Assembly: GCA_016618085.1 (NCBI GenBank)
Contig: JABLTG010000126.1
Location: 1 to 61,566, forward strand
Source of the DNA: Neovahlkampfia damariscottae
Taxonomy: Eukaryota
DNA: 61,566 bases
Reading direction: 5' to 3'
Part shown: positions 21,613-35,461 of the stretch, in pieces
Position numbering within the stretch: position 1 is the first letter of the stretch
Layout of the letters: each line of letters begins with the position of its first letter
The notes under the pieces: generated by a model
The model's database searches: none
Told to the model about the DNA's origin: nothing
Seen by the model: the letters and a program-made list of their open reading frames with translations, nothing else
Program-made: the position numbers and the translations under genes

Positions 21613-23150
21613 TTATTTTTTAAAATTCCGATTTTTTAAAATACAACATCCTCCAAGACCTCCTGCAGCACAAATTGATATCAAACAACGCTCTTTATTA
21701 TTTCTTCTCATCTCATTGATTGCTGAAGTCACTAATCTTCCACCAGTTGCACTTTAAAAATAAAAATTACAAGTTAAAAAAAATTACCTGAAAGGATGTC
21801 CAATTGCCAAAGAACCACCATTTATATTTAAGTTTTCAGGTGATATTCTACCAACTGTACCAGTTTGATTTAAGTATTTTTTTGAAAAGTCTTCACTCTC
21901 CAAACAAGCTAAAGTTGACAGAACTTGAGCACCGAATGCTTCATGCATTTCAACAAAATCAATTTCCTCTAATTTTAAATTTGCTTTTTTTAAACATTTT
22001 GGAATAGCTAAAGCAGGAGCCAAGAGTAATTGTGGATTTGGATCAACTAATTTTAAAAATTAAAAGAAGAAAAATTTGTTTTTACTTGCAGATGAAGCCA
22101 TTGATTCTATGATAATATCTATTTCATATCCTAATTCTAAGGCTTTTTCTTCACTCATTATCAAAACTACAGAAGCTCCGTCCGTCAATGCAGATGAGTT
22201 ACCAGCACTAACAGTTCCTTTTTCTCTGAATGCTGTTTTTAATTTATTCAAATCTGATAAACTTCCCTTTTCTCGAATAATTTCATCTTTTGAAACAACC
22301 TTTCCATTTTTTAATTCTATTGGTATAATTTCTTCTTTTAAAATACCGTCCTTTCTTGCTTTTGTTGCATTTGCATGACTAATTAAAGCAAAAATATCTT
22401 GTTCTTCTCTTGATATTTCATTGATTTCACCCATTAAATCAGCATGATATCCCATTGATTTTCCTGTTGTACGTTCTTCAATTTTTGGTGGTTTTGGTAT
22501 CCAAGTCCAAGGTAAACCAACATCCTAAGAATTAATTTTTTTTTTTTTTTACTTTCACTAAAGTCACAAAACTTGAAATTCCTTTTGTTTTTGAGTATTG
22601 GTATTTTCCAAGTGCTTGACTCATATGCTTTGGTAGAATGATTTCTGATGATGACACTGAATCACTTCCTCCAGCTAAAACCACATGAGCATTTCCATTT
22701 TCGATTAAGTCAACTCCTTGTAAAATAGCTTCTAAACCAGACAAGCATCCTTTACTGATAGTTTTTCCTGTAATTTTTGTAGGTAGTTTTGAGTCAAAAA
22801 TGATTTCTCTTGCAATGTTTGGAGCTCCATTATTTTGAACAACGTTACCCCAAATAATTTCGTCAACCAATTCAGGATCAAGTTGAGTTTTAGAGATTAA
22901 TCCTTTTACACATTCACTTCCAAGTTCTATGGCATCCAGCTATTCATTAAAATAAACAAAAACAAACCTCCAAGAAATCACCAAACGCTTTTACAAACGG
23001 TGTTCTAAACCCTTTGACAAGAACTGCCTTCTTCTTCTTTTGATTCATAACATTGTTAAAATTCAATTGTTTAGTTTTATGAATTTTAATTTTGTCATAA
23101 TTCGGATCTAGCTGTTTCTGCAGTACTTTTATTCTCCGTTCATGGTCCAT
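21613..23150 (-). CDS. 3-ketoacyl-CoA thiolase, FadI/HADHB type
   Basis: RTPFVKA, PNIAREI, HEAFGAQ, GGSLAIGHPF and CAAGGLG. Several short introns. N-terminal PTS2-like RIKVLQKQL. Confidence 0.9.
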
Positions 23151-23295
23151 TTTGATTGGTTTTTAAATTTTGGAAGAAATAACTCAACAATGACTGATAT
23201 TTTCGGTTTCATAGGAAAAGAAAAACAAATTCAATCTTTTTATTGACCTTTAAAAATCCTGATAATCTGATCCAATCATCATCTGTCTAATTTGA

Positions 23296-24138
23296 ATGAT
23301 TAAAATTCCGGGTTTAACAACATTCCTGTGTTTGTTATTGTTATTTACAATTATAAATTTCACTGATGCATCAGTTCCACAACTTAAAAAGTGGCAAGAA
23401 ATTTTTTCCACCTCCACAGAAATCATTAAAAAAAAAAGAACCAAACCACTTATGATAGCAGTAGGTGGTGGATCTGCTTCAGGTAATATTAAAAAACATA
23501 TTCTAATAAAAAAAAATAAAAGGAAAAACAACAGTTGCTGAAATGTTGAAAACAGCTTTGAAAGGAGAAAAAGCAACAGTAATCTGTCAAGACTCATTTT
23601 ATCGTGAATTAAACAAAGAACAGTACCAACTAGCAAAAAACAAAGAATATAATTTCGATCATCCTAAAGCATTTGATAATGATCTTTTACTTAAATCATT
23701 GAAAAAACTATCAGCTGGAGAAACTGCTCAAATTCCAAATTATAGTTATGTGACAATGAAAAGAACAAATAAAACAACAACAGTTTTAGGAGCAACTGTT
23801 ATAATATTAGAAGGTATATATGCCTTATATGATCCAAACATCAGGAATTTAATGGACATTAAGTTATTCGTTGATACAGATGCTGATACAAGAATCATAA
23901 GAAGACGTAAGAAAAGAAAAATAAATTTAATGATTCTTAAGTCAAAAGAGATGTCAAAGAAAGAGGTTGGGATTTTGATTATATCGTAGAATTTTATGAA
24001 AAGTTTGTCAAACCTTCATTTGAAAAGTTTATTTTACCAACAAGAAAATATGCAGATCTTATAATTCCAAGAGGTGGAGGTAATTTCGTAGCGGTAAATA
24101 TCATTGTAGAACATATCAAAACAATTTTAAAATCTTGA
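23296..24138 (+). CDS. Uridine-cytidine kinase with hydrophobic N-terminus
   Basis: GGSASGKTT (spliced), [22 protein letters not shown] and YADLIIPRG. Confidence 0.92.
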
Positions 24139-24150
24139 AATTTTTTTTTT

Positions 24151-25313
24151 TTATTTTTTTTCAAGTTTTTTAAATTCCGCTTCATATTTTTTCATTGTTT
24201 TTGTTGTTAATCTAATAGAAAATGAACAATTCATAAAATCTTCAATATTTGATTTTGCTAAATAATTCACGATTACATCTCTAATTTCAAGTGGATTTAC
24301 TGAAAGAATTTCATATTGACAATTTATCAAAACACCAACAATTGTTCTGATGATATGTTTCCATCCTTCAAATAAAAATATATCCCATATTCTTTCTGAA
24401 ACTTGATAATCTATTTGAGTTGTAAATAAAGTCAAAATTAACGAAGTTGCATAAAATCCAGATGCAATCTCATATTTCTCTAAATGTTCAAATAATTTTG
24501 GTGAATGATATTTTAAAAGTTCATCTATTTGATAGAGTATTAAATGAAGTTTTGGTAATCCAGGTCTAAATAAATCTTTCAATGAGTGTTTTTCATTATT
24601 GAATAATTGAACTAAAAACCAGAATGTTTCTTCTTCATTTTTTTCAAAATGTAATAAAGCAAATCCAGCAATAAATCCTAGACCTTGAACGTAACCAACT
24701 TGAACATCAAAAGTTGAATAAGCAAATAAAATTCTTTCAAGTGCTTTTTGTCTGTAATATTAAAATTTTTGTTTAGGAAATTTACCCTGGTTGTTCATTT
24801 TGAAAATATTCAAATTGTGGAAATGTTCTACTTATATCTTTTACAATTTTATATTTAATTCTGAACTTATCATCTTGTGAATATAATTTTTCATAAAGTC
24901 CTGGATATTTTTCAGCCAATCCATCGGATTCTACAATTTTTTTCCAAAGAGAACATCTTATTTCATCACTTGGTATTCCGCATCGCAAAATTTGTCGTAA
25001 CTTATTTTTTAATATTTAATTTTTCAATTACCTCTTCAAATTGATTCTCTGAAAAATTTTTATAATCTTGAAGAATTTTTTCATATTTTTGTATATTTAC
25101 ATATTGTTGATGATTTGAGGTTTTGAAAAAAGAGGAAGACGCCAAGAGTGATGATCTTTGAGTTAATTTGACATCATTGACGTAATGAAGATCCTCTTTT
25201 GATTTTGACACTCTCATTGGTGATATAGAATCTAAAATTACAAAATCATCATCTTCATCCTTAATTTCTTTATCATGAATCAGAACTGCGTCAATGTTTT
25301 CGATCGTTTCCAT
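24151..25313 (-). CDS. TBC-domain Rab GAP
   Basis: IVKDISRTFP, GYVQGL and RIWDIFLFEG. Spliced. Confidence 0.92.
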
Positions 25314-25465
25314 TTTGGAAGCTGGAGAAAAGTTGATTGGATCACAAATCTTCCAAAAGAAAATGAATTACGATTTTGGTCCAAATTTGGAAGAAGTTTA
25401 AATCTCTAAAAAATAAAAACTGAGTATTTTTCCATTTTTTTTTGTCCAATCATTTTTTTTCTTGC

Positions 25466-26539
25466 ATGAAGTTTGGAATTCTCTCAACTGCTAAAATAGC
25501 AAACAAAGTGTCTAAAGCAATTCATGGTTCAAAATATGGAACATTGATGGCTGTTGCAAGTAGAGATCTTGAAAAAGCAAAACAATTTGCAAAAGAAAAT
25601 AAAATTCCAAAATACTATGGCAGTTACTCTGAATTACTTGAAGACAAAGAAATTGACGCAATTTATGTTCCATTACCAACTAATTTAGCAGCAGAGTGGT
25701 GCGTTAAAATTGCAAATTCAGGAAAACACGTTCTGTAAGAACCAAATTTGAATGTTAAATATTTTTAGTTGTGATAAACCATTTGCAGACTCACAAAGTG
25801 TTGAAAAAATCATAAAAGCATGCTCAGAAAATAAAGTTCAATTCATGGATAATGTAAAAATTTTATTCAACAAAATTAATTTTTCTGAAGACAATGTTTT
25901 CTCATCACAAAAGAACTGAAATAATTTTTTCAAAAGAGCTGAAAGAAAAAATAGGAAATATTAAACTTGTAAATGCTTCATTTTCATGGCTTTTTAATAG
26001 CAAAGAAAATATCAGATTACAAAAAGATTTAGAACCTCTTGGTATTGTTATCAATGATTGACTTTTTTGAAGGTGCACTTGGTGATTTAGGTTGGTATTG
26101 TGTTAGATTTATTCTTCTTGCTTATGAATTTGAAATGCCAATTAAAGTTTTTGCGACAGCCACTTACCAAGACAATGACAAAGAAAATTCAGTTATTACA
26201 AGTTTAGATGCAATTTTATGGTTTAAAGATGGTAGAAAGGCAAAATTAGATTGTTCTTTTGATACAACTATTCGTCACAATGCTGAAATAATCGGTGATA
26301 AAGCAGCGATTAGGGTTGATGATTATGTAATGGGTACTGATAAATCTGAATATGTTATAACAAATGGACTCTATGAAAGAATTCATAAATCAGTTGATGG
26401 TTGCATTCAAGAGAGTGATTTAATTGATTGCTTCTCAAATGGAATTGATAATTCATGGGGCATTCAAACATTAAAAACACAACAAGTTTGTGATTTATTA
26501 TTGAAGAGTGCTTATGAAGAAAAAATAATCCAAAATTAA
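25466..26539 (+). CDS. Gfo/Idh/MocA oxidoreductase
   Basis: FGILSTAKIA, AVASR, IDAIYVPLP, GKHVLCDKP and GALGDLGWYC. Confidence 0.92.
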
Positions 26540-26549
26540 AATTTTCATT

Positions 26550-27611
26550 TTACCATTGGAATGAAGTACCCTTTAAATCTAATTGATCAACACATACATA
26601 ATACAATAAATCTCCTGGTTGTTTTTGAGTTTTACCCAAAAAATTAACTTTTAGGAACCAAGAACCAGCTGATTTTCGATTATTTTCTTCAAATAATTTC
26701 CTTTTTTTCTCTTCAAGTTGTCTTAAATTTTCGTAAAAAATATCATAGTCAATAGATTCATCTTCTCTTATTGCTCCCTGAATAGATTCAAGAATATCTG
26801 CATCTGATACTTTCAACAATTCTTCAAGTTTTTTTGAGTTTTCTGCTTCACTTTTTTGATTTTTTTTGTATTCTTCTGTCCATACTAAAACTAATGGTCC
26901 AATTTCAATATTTTGAATTTCGTTGATTTTTTCAACAACATATTCTTTTGTTGTGATTTCAGTACAATTTTTATCGTATCCAAATGATAAAGAAATTCTT
27001 TTTGGTGCATAAATGTTGTCATCTTGCCAAGATGCTTGAAATATTTTGAGAGAAAGTGAATCTATTTTCAAGACACAATTTTTTGTTCCAAATTCATCGG
27101 ATTTTGGTCTTATTAATTGATAAATACCAAAGTCTATTGATTCATCCGATTTTGATCCTTTTGATGACCAAAAACTATGCATTGAATGTTCAAGTCTAGT
27201 TTGGTCTAAATCTTGACCTGAAAAATCAACAGTTGAAGCTTCAACGGCTTTTAATATCACACTATTTTCAAAGGTACTTTCATCTTCTTCGCCATATATT
27301 TTTATATTTTCTTTTTTTAGTTCTACTTCCATTAAATATTTTTCTTTTTTTTTTTTACTATTCAATTTCATTGATAAAAATTTCCAATCTTCAAAATTCA
27401 TTTTCTTTTGAGTTTCTTTATCAATATAAGTTGAGTTCTTGAATGCTTTATAGGATAAATTTCTCCAAATTCTGGTAGAACATGTATTTTTCATGAGTAA
27501 CTCATACCAAGACTTACTCACAAGAGAAAGTTGTAGTAATGTACTAAGTGGTGAAAAAGAAAAAATTTCTTGCAAAACTTCATCAGGCAGCGGATGATAG
27601 TATTCTTCCAT
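26550..27611 (-). CDS. F-box protein
   Basis: LPDEVLQEIFSF...LSLVSKSW F-box followed by a beta-rich domain (FWSSKGS). Confidence 0.85.
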   Translation of the reverse strand: MEEYYHPLPDEVLQEIFSFSPLSTLLQLSLVSKSWYELLMKNTCSTRIWRNLSYKAFKNSTYIDKETQKKMNFEDWKFLSMKLNSKKKKEKYLMEVELKKENIKIYGEEDESTFENSVILKAVEASTVDFSGQDLDQTRLEHSMHSFWSSKGSKSDESIDFGIYQLIRPKSDEFGTKNCVLKIDSLSLKIFQASWQDDNIYAPKRISLSFGYDKNCTEITTKEYVVEKINEIQNIEIGPLVLVWTEEYKKNQKSEAENSKKLEELLKVSDADILESIQGAIREDESIDYDIFYENLRQLEEKKRKLFEENNRKSAGSWFLKVNFLGKTQKQPGDLLYYVCVDQLDLKGTSFQW

Positions 27612-27701
27612 ATTCTATTTCTTTGAACAAAATATCCAATAAAAACATCCAAAACTTCAATTTGAACAAAACAACCAATCAAAAGAGCACCAACAACGAA
27701 G

Positions 27702-30700
27702 ATGAAGATTTTGTTTTTTGGGTTTTTGCCTCATGATTATTTGAGCGAACATTTTGATATTATTGTTTTCAAAAGGCCTGTTTATATTCATACCATAAAA
27801 GTGATACCACACCACAAAGGAAGAGAAACACCTCATCAGTATCTAAAACCACTTAGATTATTTACTACTCCACCAAGCATGAGATTAGATTTTTATTCAA
27901 ACAATTTAAAACAAGAACTTGATACTTATCAACCTATTGCTGAACCTTTTCATTATGAATTTCTTGATAACAATTATTGTGACGTTAATCCAAACGTAAA
28001 AAAAAAAAAAAATAATTTCTTTAGGTTTTACTTGATAAATTAATTGTCAAAGGTGCTTTTCAACATTTAGCATTGACAATTTATGGTGAATTTGGTGAAG
28101 GAGAAAGTGACAGAATCAAATTTGAAGAAAAAGTTCCACCATATCCAAAATCAACAAAGAAAAGAGAAAGAGAATTCAAAACAGTAGAAGAATCAGAAAT
28201 CAAACAAAAAAAATACAATTTCAGTCAAATTACAAACATTCATCAATTAGTTAAGAAATTCCCACTTTACAAATTCACTGATTTAAAACATTTAGGTAAT
28301 ATTAACAATTTATCAACAAATGGAACCAAATTATTAAATTTAGAAACTGAACTTTCAAATTCACGTTTTATACCATTTAATGATGCTAAAATTGATGTTT
28401 TGAATTACATTTTTGAAAATTATTCAAATTATTCCAATAATTGGAATAGTGATTTAACATTTTTAAAAGAAACAACAGAAAAAGTTTTAAAACATTTAGA
28501 TTTATGTTTAAAAAATGAAAATGAAAATTATATTAAAAAAGATTTAGCATTGTTGTTAAATTTATTGAAAATTGGAAATCAAGCTTTCCATTTATATTTG
28601 AATGTATTTATATAATTATTTTAAATCTTATTTAATTTTATTTTAGAACGTATTTTAAAATTGTTTTTTATTTTTATGTTATTTTTAGAAATTGAATTTA
28701 TTAGATTTAATATTATCAATGTTAAAAGATGATCATGTTGATAAAGAAAATGTTTTATATTTTCTTGTTAGAATTTTAGAATATCCATCAATTTTGAATT
28801 TTTTTATGGATGAAATGAAGGTTTGGTTTTGATTTTACTAATATTAATGGAAATAGAAAAAAGAAGTTGCTAATTTAATTGAATCATTTAAAGATTCAAA
28901 TTCAAGAAAAATTCAAAACTATCATTCAATTATTTTGTTTTATATGAAAATTAACAAATTATTTGTTGATTTTCAAAGGATGGTTGATAATTTTCAAGTT
29001 GAAAATTTGAATGATATTTTTGATCAAATGAATGTTTGAATCATTTTTATTTTTAATATCTTTTTCAAGGATATTCAAATTATTCTCAAACAATCAGATT
29101 GTTTATTTGATTTTGAAAAATCATTTGATGAATTTACCACAAAAGATTCGATTTATAAAAAGTTCAAATTTTTTCAAATTGCTGAAACTCATAAATTTGT
29201 TACTTCAATTTGTTTACTTTTACAAAAGGTAAAAAAAATTAAAAATGAAAAAGATTATGAATTAATTAAAAATCAAATTCAAACACTTTTATTTTGTTTA
29301 TTAAAAACACAAGATGGAGTTATTTTATTTTGTAGAAATTATCAAAATAGTTTAAGTATCATTAATTCTTTCTCAAATGAATCAAAACAACAACATCAAA
29401 ATTTTGATTATGGTCCATTAAGTTCAACTGGAGAATATATTGATTCAAATCATTTGTCTCTTTTACTTTCATTTCATATTCATTCAATGTTATTATTAGA
29501 TTCATTATTTGAAAATCATGATCATCTTAATGTACTCTTTGAAATTTCTGAATCAGCAATGGGTAAAGAAGCCATAATTTCATGTTTATCAATTAATCAT
29601 TTTTATGATGAAATTTTAAGAATCAAAGATTCTCATTTCATGTTAAAATTTTTAGTTTCTTTATTAACAGATGATCATTCAATTGCTTTATTTTTTAATT
29701 CAAAATTACCATTAGATATTGTTTATAATAATGTACCAATTGATTTAAGTAGACCACGTGAAGAAATTTTATCATCAGTAGTACCATTTAATATACTAAA
29801 AACTAATGGAGTAATCAATTTTTAAAATCTCATTTTTTTAGTTTGATGAATTTTTGAATTTCTTTGTATCTAATGTTGAAAAAGTTCAAAAAACTAAATT
29901 TATTGCTCAAAGTGATTTAAATGCATTGATTTTTTCAACACATATTTTATCAACTATCACTCAAAAGAATTTGAAGTTATGTAATTCATTGGTTGATCAA
30001 AATTTCATTGGATTATGTGGAGATCTTCTTTTATACATTTCATCAGAATTTGAAGTTCGTTTTTATTATACTTCTAAAATATAAAGAAATTCAATGGTAA
30101 AAAATCAAATGAAGAATTATACATTTCATTTTTATGTTCATTATCATCATTTCAATTAAATATTTTGAATTCAAAACCAAAATTATCAAAAGAAAAACAA
30201 ATTGAAATTTTGAAAACATTATTCAAAACTTATCAGATCATTTCAAAGTTAGAATATTTTCAATTATCAATATCTACTCAGACACTTGGAAAAGTCAATA
30301 AAATCAAAAAAATTAGAATGAACATTTGTAAAATTATTCAAATGTGGATCAAAGATTACAACTCTGAAGAATGGATTTTAGATGAAATATTTTCATTAAA
30401 TGATGAAAAATCATTTTCAATAATTTCACTTCTAACTGATTTAATTCCAACACCAATTCCAATGGTCACATCAAATTTAGATTCACAACAAGATTTTGAA
30501 TCATTTAATTTGAACACAAAAGATAAAGATTTTGAAAAACAATTTATTACTTTAAGAAGTAAATGGGAAGAAATGATTGAAAAAAACTTTGATTTATTTG
30601 AAAGAAATATTCAAACATTTTTAGATTCCATTGAAGAACTTACTCTTTTACTATTCAAAGTATCAAATTTATCATTAGAATTATCAGAAAAAGTATTGAC

Positions 30701-31583
30701 ATTATTGGTTGTTGTTAAAAACAAAATATTCACTGAATTCGAATTGTTGAGTATGATTCAAATTTTAACAAAAGAACCATTTTTTAAAACTAATTTTAAT
30801 TTAATGGATCTATCCATGAATTGGTTAATACTTAAATTTGATCAATTTGAAAATAATCCAAAAATTGTTTTAAAAGTCATTCAAAATTTAACTTTATTTG
30901 ATGAAATTTCAGGATTACCTTCTTTTGAACATTATCTCAAAATTATTGAATTTCTTTTTAAAAAATGTGTTAAGAATGAACAAGATTTAATGAAAACAAT
31001 TCATACCATTTCATCATCTGAAATTGGTGTTTATTCTTTATTATCAGATTTTAGTTTTATTTCAGTTTTAAGTAATTATACTTCACAACCAATAGTAAAG
31101 AAAATTTGTCAAAATATTTCAAAATATCAAAATTTAGATATGGATGAAAATTTGAAAAATTTCATTATCAATTTAAGACAAAATTCACTTCTCAATTTCA
31201 AAGAATTCAAAGCAACTGAACAATTATCAATCTTTTCAAAAAAACAAATTTTTAATTTCAATAGAAGTTTATCATTTGAATCATCAAGAATTTTAACAGA
31301 TGTTGATTATGAATCAGAAGAACCAGAAGAAGAAGTACAAATAAGAAATGAACATAATTCAAAAAGAGAACATTCAAATGATCAAAAGGATGCAATAGAA
31401 GCATTTGGTTCCTTCTTTAGAGATTCAAAATCTGAAAGAAAATATGAACAAAGAGATTCAAGAGGTAGTAATAACGGAAGTGGATATCATCAAAGAGATC
31501 AATTTCAACATTATCCAAGAGGTGGTGGATATCACAGAGGAGGTGGATATCATAGAGGAGGTAGAGGAAGAGGAAATTATTAA
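27702..31583 (+). CDS. Virilizer-like protein (m6A writer-complex scaffold)
   Basis: VIR_N-like HFDIIVFKRPVYIHTIKVIP...LIVKGAFQHLALTIYG, a long helical region and a C-terminal RGG tail. Many short introns. Confidence 0.7.
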
Positions 31584-31603
31584 AAATATAAATCTCTTTC
31601 TAA

Positions 31604-33070
31604 TTATTTTGAATCTTCCAATCTCTTTTCATAATTTCTATCCAATAATGCCTCTATTATATCAATATCCATATCAGTTTCATACAAACCAGCTGTACAC
31701 TGAATTAATGTGTAATTCTTTCTCAAAGCTGAGATTAATTTCTTTACTTCAAAATTACGAACTGGACAACCTTCAAGAAATAATTCTTCTAAATGAGTTG
31801 TTTTTTGTAAAAATGAAACAATCTCATCCATTGCATCTCCTTTAATATCTTCATTATAAGATAAATCAATTGATTTGACATTTTGATTATCAGTTTGAAT
31901 TAGAGCTTCAAATAATTCAGCTATGTCTGCATCAGTAGCATTCATTTTTGAGAAATTGATGATTTCTAAATTTTCTTTTTGTTTCACTTTTTCAATAACA
32001 TCTTTGATAATCTCTTTTGCATCATCATCTGAATTGTATCCAACGTCTGAAACAAATCTTCCCAAAGAATTTCCAGGATCTGTAGTAACAAATGGAATTT
32101 CATCATCTAGACCATCTCTTATTTTTCTTGCCATTGATACCCTAACTCTGTTTTGAATGTTCAATCTTGAAATTGATTTTTCTTTTTTCAAAATTTCCAT
32201 TTGTTTTGAATCTACTTTTTTCATTAAACTTAAGTTTTGTTCTTCTAATTTAGAAATATATGATTTTGAATGATCATTATTTTCTTCAGGTTTTGTTGTA
32301 ATATTATTCGTTGATTTTAATTTTTTATTTTCAATTTTTAATAATTCAAGTTCATGTAAATGATCAGCTCGTAACTATTTTTTTAAATATTTTAATCTAT
32401 GTTTTAGATATTTTTACTTCTGATATTTCTTTGATAAAATCATTTATTTGATTTTCATATTCAACTGCTTGATCATCAATCAATTTTCTCATTTTTTCTT
32501 TCATTAATCTATTTTCTTCTTTTTGATCATTTAATTGTAATTTTAAATTTTCATTTTCATTCTTTATTTTTCTGAATTCAAATTCATCCAATACAAATTC
32601 TTCATCTTCTGAAGTTCCATTTGAATTCTGTTGTGATTCTGATTCGTTAATTTTTTTTTTATTTTCCTTTGATTTTAATAAGTTTATATTTTTTTGTTTC
32701 AATTGTTCTCTTTTCATATTTTGTATTTCTAATTCTTTTTCTTCTAAAACTTTTTTTAATTTGGAAATGGTTAATTCTTGTCGTTGACTTGTTTGCATAA
32801 AACCTTGAAGTTCTAAAGTTAATCTTTCAATTTTTTGATGATCATCTTCAATATGTTGTTGTTCCCTTAATGATCTGGTTGATGTTCCTTAAAAATCATT
32901 TTTAATGTTTCTTAATTACTTGACATTCTTTTTTCAGTTTTTTCAGTTTCTGTTTTTTTTCTTGGTGAAAAGATATTAGATTTTTCTGAAGTTCTTGGTG
33001 ATTTTTTTGGTGAATTTAAATGTTTTGAGTCTTCACCATTGCTTTTGAATTGTTGAAAAATGTTCTTCAT
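31604..33070 (-). CDS. Coiled-coil plus C-terminal LRR (RNI/tropomodulin-like) protein
   Basis: VKSIDLSYN, LEELFLEGC and ALRKNYTL. Spliced. Confidence 0.65.
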
Positions 33071-33237
33071 CTTGTGAAGTGAGAAATCAAATTTGAAAAC
33101 GTTGGGATAATTGACCAATCATTGTACTTTCACAATAAAACTTGATTCTTTGAGTATTCCCTCCTCAACACAGTTTAATCTCAACTGATAGAAAAATGCT
33201 ATAATTAGATCAAAATTGTTTGATTGGCTCAACAAGA

Positions 33238-34476
33238 ATGACTTCAACAGAAAAAAGAGCAGCACCACTTCAAAAAATGGCTCTTGAGTTGATGGAGCAA
33301 ACAAAAAAGGTAACAAAAGATTTAGAAATAGAATATGAACAATTTCTACTCGAAAAAAAAAAATTTGAAGATGAACAAAAAGCACTATCAGATAAATATC
33401 AAATAAAAGAATCAGTCATAGAGTTGAACATTGGTGGAAAACATTTTACAACCTTAAAATCAACTTTATTAAGAGCTGAAGGTAAAAAACAAAAATTAAT
33501 AATTCAACATGAAAGGAACAATGCTTGGAGGTTTTGAATTTATTTTTAATTTAATTGAATAGCAATGTTTTCTGGGAGATATGATCCAGGTTCAAAAGAT
33601 ATTGAAGGTCGTTATTTCCTTGATAGACCACCAGAACCTTTTGCAAAAATATTAAATTGTTTAAGAACAAACTCAAAAGTAAGCCTGAATCAAAAACTTA
33701 TTCAAAAGTTGGATATTCCAGAAGACGATTTAGAAAGAGAAATTCTTTTAAGAGAAGTTGAATTTTATGGAATGAATGAATACTTTGCTGAAGAATTAAA
33801 AGAACCAACGTTCAGAAATTCAACTCTCTTATCAAATAAACATATGACTCAATTAAGTAAAATGATTGAATCAAAATCTTCAAAGGATTGGGTTCGTTGT
33901 TATTGTGGTTCAAAAGATGGTTTTAGTTCTTCAAATTTTCATCGTAAGACTTTGAAAAAAAAAAAAATTAAAAAACATCATGTTTTAGAAAAGGTAAATA
34001 ATCAAGGAGAGAATGTGGTTGTTATAAAATCTTCAAATGGTTATATTTTTGGAGCTTATGTACCTCAAAGTTGGAGTTCTGCTGGAAGGTATGTTTTTAA
34101 CACAAAAACATTTCTTTTTTCTTTGGAGAATGCATTAAAGAAACCGATAAAACTACCAAATAATGGACCTCATCTTTCAAATCAATACTCATTTTAGTAA
34201 TTTCAATTTCATTTTTAATTTGTTGTTAAAGTGATTATTCTTCATATGGACCTTGTTTTGGAGGTGGTCATGATTTATATATTGCAGGTAATGGTTGTAA
34301 TACAGGAAATTCAAATTATTCAAATTTGGGACATTCATTCACTTGTCCAGGTAAATTCAAATTATTTTTAAATAGAAGGTCAAACTTATGGTCAAAATGG
34401 AGCTAAAAACTTTTTAGCTGGTTCTTATAATTTTACTGTATCTGAAATTGAAGTTTTCAAAAGAGCTAAAAAATAA
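33238..34476 (+). CDS. BTB/POZ (KCTD-type) + TLDc protein
   Basis: IELNIGGKHFTT, YFLDRPP, KDGFSSSNFH, YIFGAY, GPCFGGGHDL and EIEVF. Confidence 0.9.
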
Positions 34477-34962
34477 ATTGTATTTAATTTAGGTTTCTGA
34501 TCTACTCATAACTTGGATCATTTAGTTTTCCATTCCATCTTTTTGATTTGTTTTTGAAGGGATTCGTTGAAAATTTCAAGTGACTTTTGATCAAAAGTGA
34601 AGTCAAAAACTTCTTCATTTTCTTCATCATCTTCTTTTTGTAAGTTTCTTTGAAAACACTTTGCATAGTCTTCAACATCATTCAGTATTTCTTGTAGCAG
34701 CTCCTTTCCTTAATCTTGGTCACAAATATTTTTCACCAACCTCAAAAGATGTTTTAATTCATATTCGTTTAAAGATTCCCCAAAATTTGCTTCCAAGATC
34801 TGTTCTTGCACTCTTTTTCCAATCGAGGACATTATGACTTTGATTGGTTTTTTCCTTTTTTTGTGCTGATCTTATAAGTGGGACTGATCACAATTTAATT
34901 CGCCGAAATATCAAAAAGGGTATTTTTATTTCTATTTGAATTTTCAAGAGCAAAGTAAGAGG

Positions 34963-35451
34963 ATGAGCATCTTCAGGGACATAACAAAGAGGAATAGTGG
35001 AGACATGTTGAAACCACTTTTGAATGAGAATGATGGTAATCCTGAATATCAAACTTTTGAAGAAAAAATCAAACGAAACCAACAGTCATTTTTTCAATCA
35101 AATTTTCTTCATATTTCAAGAATAAAGATATCAATAGATGGAAAAATGAAAACAACAATCTACAATAAACAAATACTGAAAATGAAACAAAATTCAACCT
35201 TCCAGATCAAGATGTTCGTTGTGACAAATTTTTCACTTCAAAACTATCTTGTTGATTGCTATGTAACTAAAGAAGATGGAGAAATAGAAGAACTATCATA
35301 TATAGTTACAGATCAGAAACAATTATTGGAAAATGAAAAAAAAATCATCTTACCAAAAATGAAAATGAAATCAAAAATTTTGAAATTCTTATTCTTCTTG
35401 AAAAAAGGATCAGAATTCTCAAAATTTGAATTCACCATAAAATCTGAATAA
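34963..35451 (+). CDS. Hypothetical protein
   Basis: ATG-initiated ORF in a gene-dense region with no recognised motif. Confidence 0.5.
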   Translation: MSIFRDITKRNSGDMLKPLLNENDGNPEYQTFEEKIKRNQQSFFQSNFLHISRIKISIDGKMKTTIYNKQILKMKQNSTFQIKMFVVTNFSLQNYLVDCYVTKEDGEIEELSYIVTDQKQLLENEKKIILPKMKMKSKILKFLFFLKKGSEFSKFEFTIKSE

Positions 35452-35461
35452 AAAAAGGATA

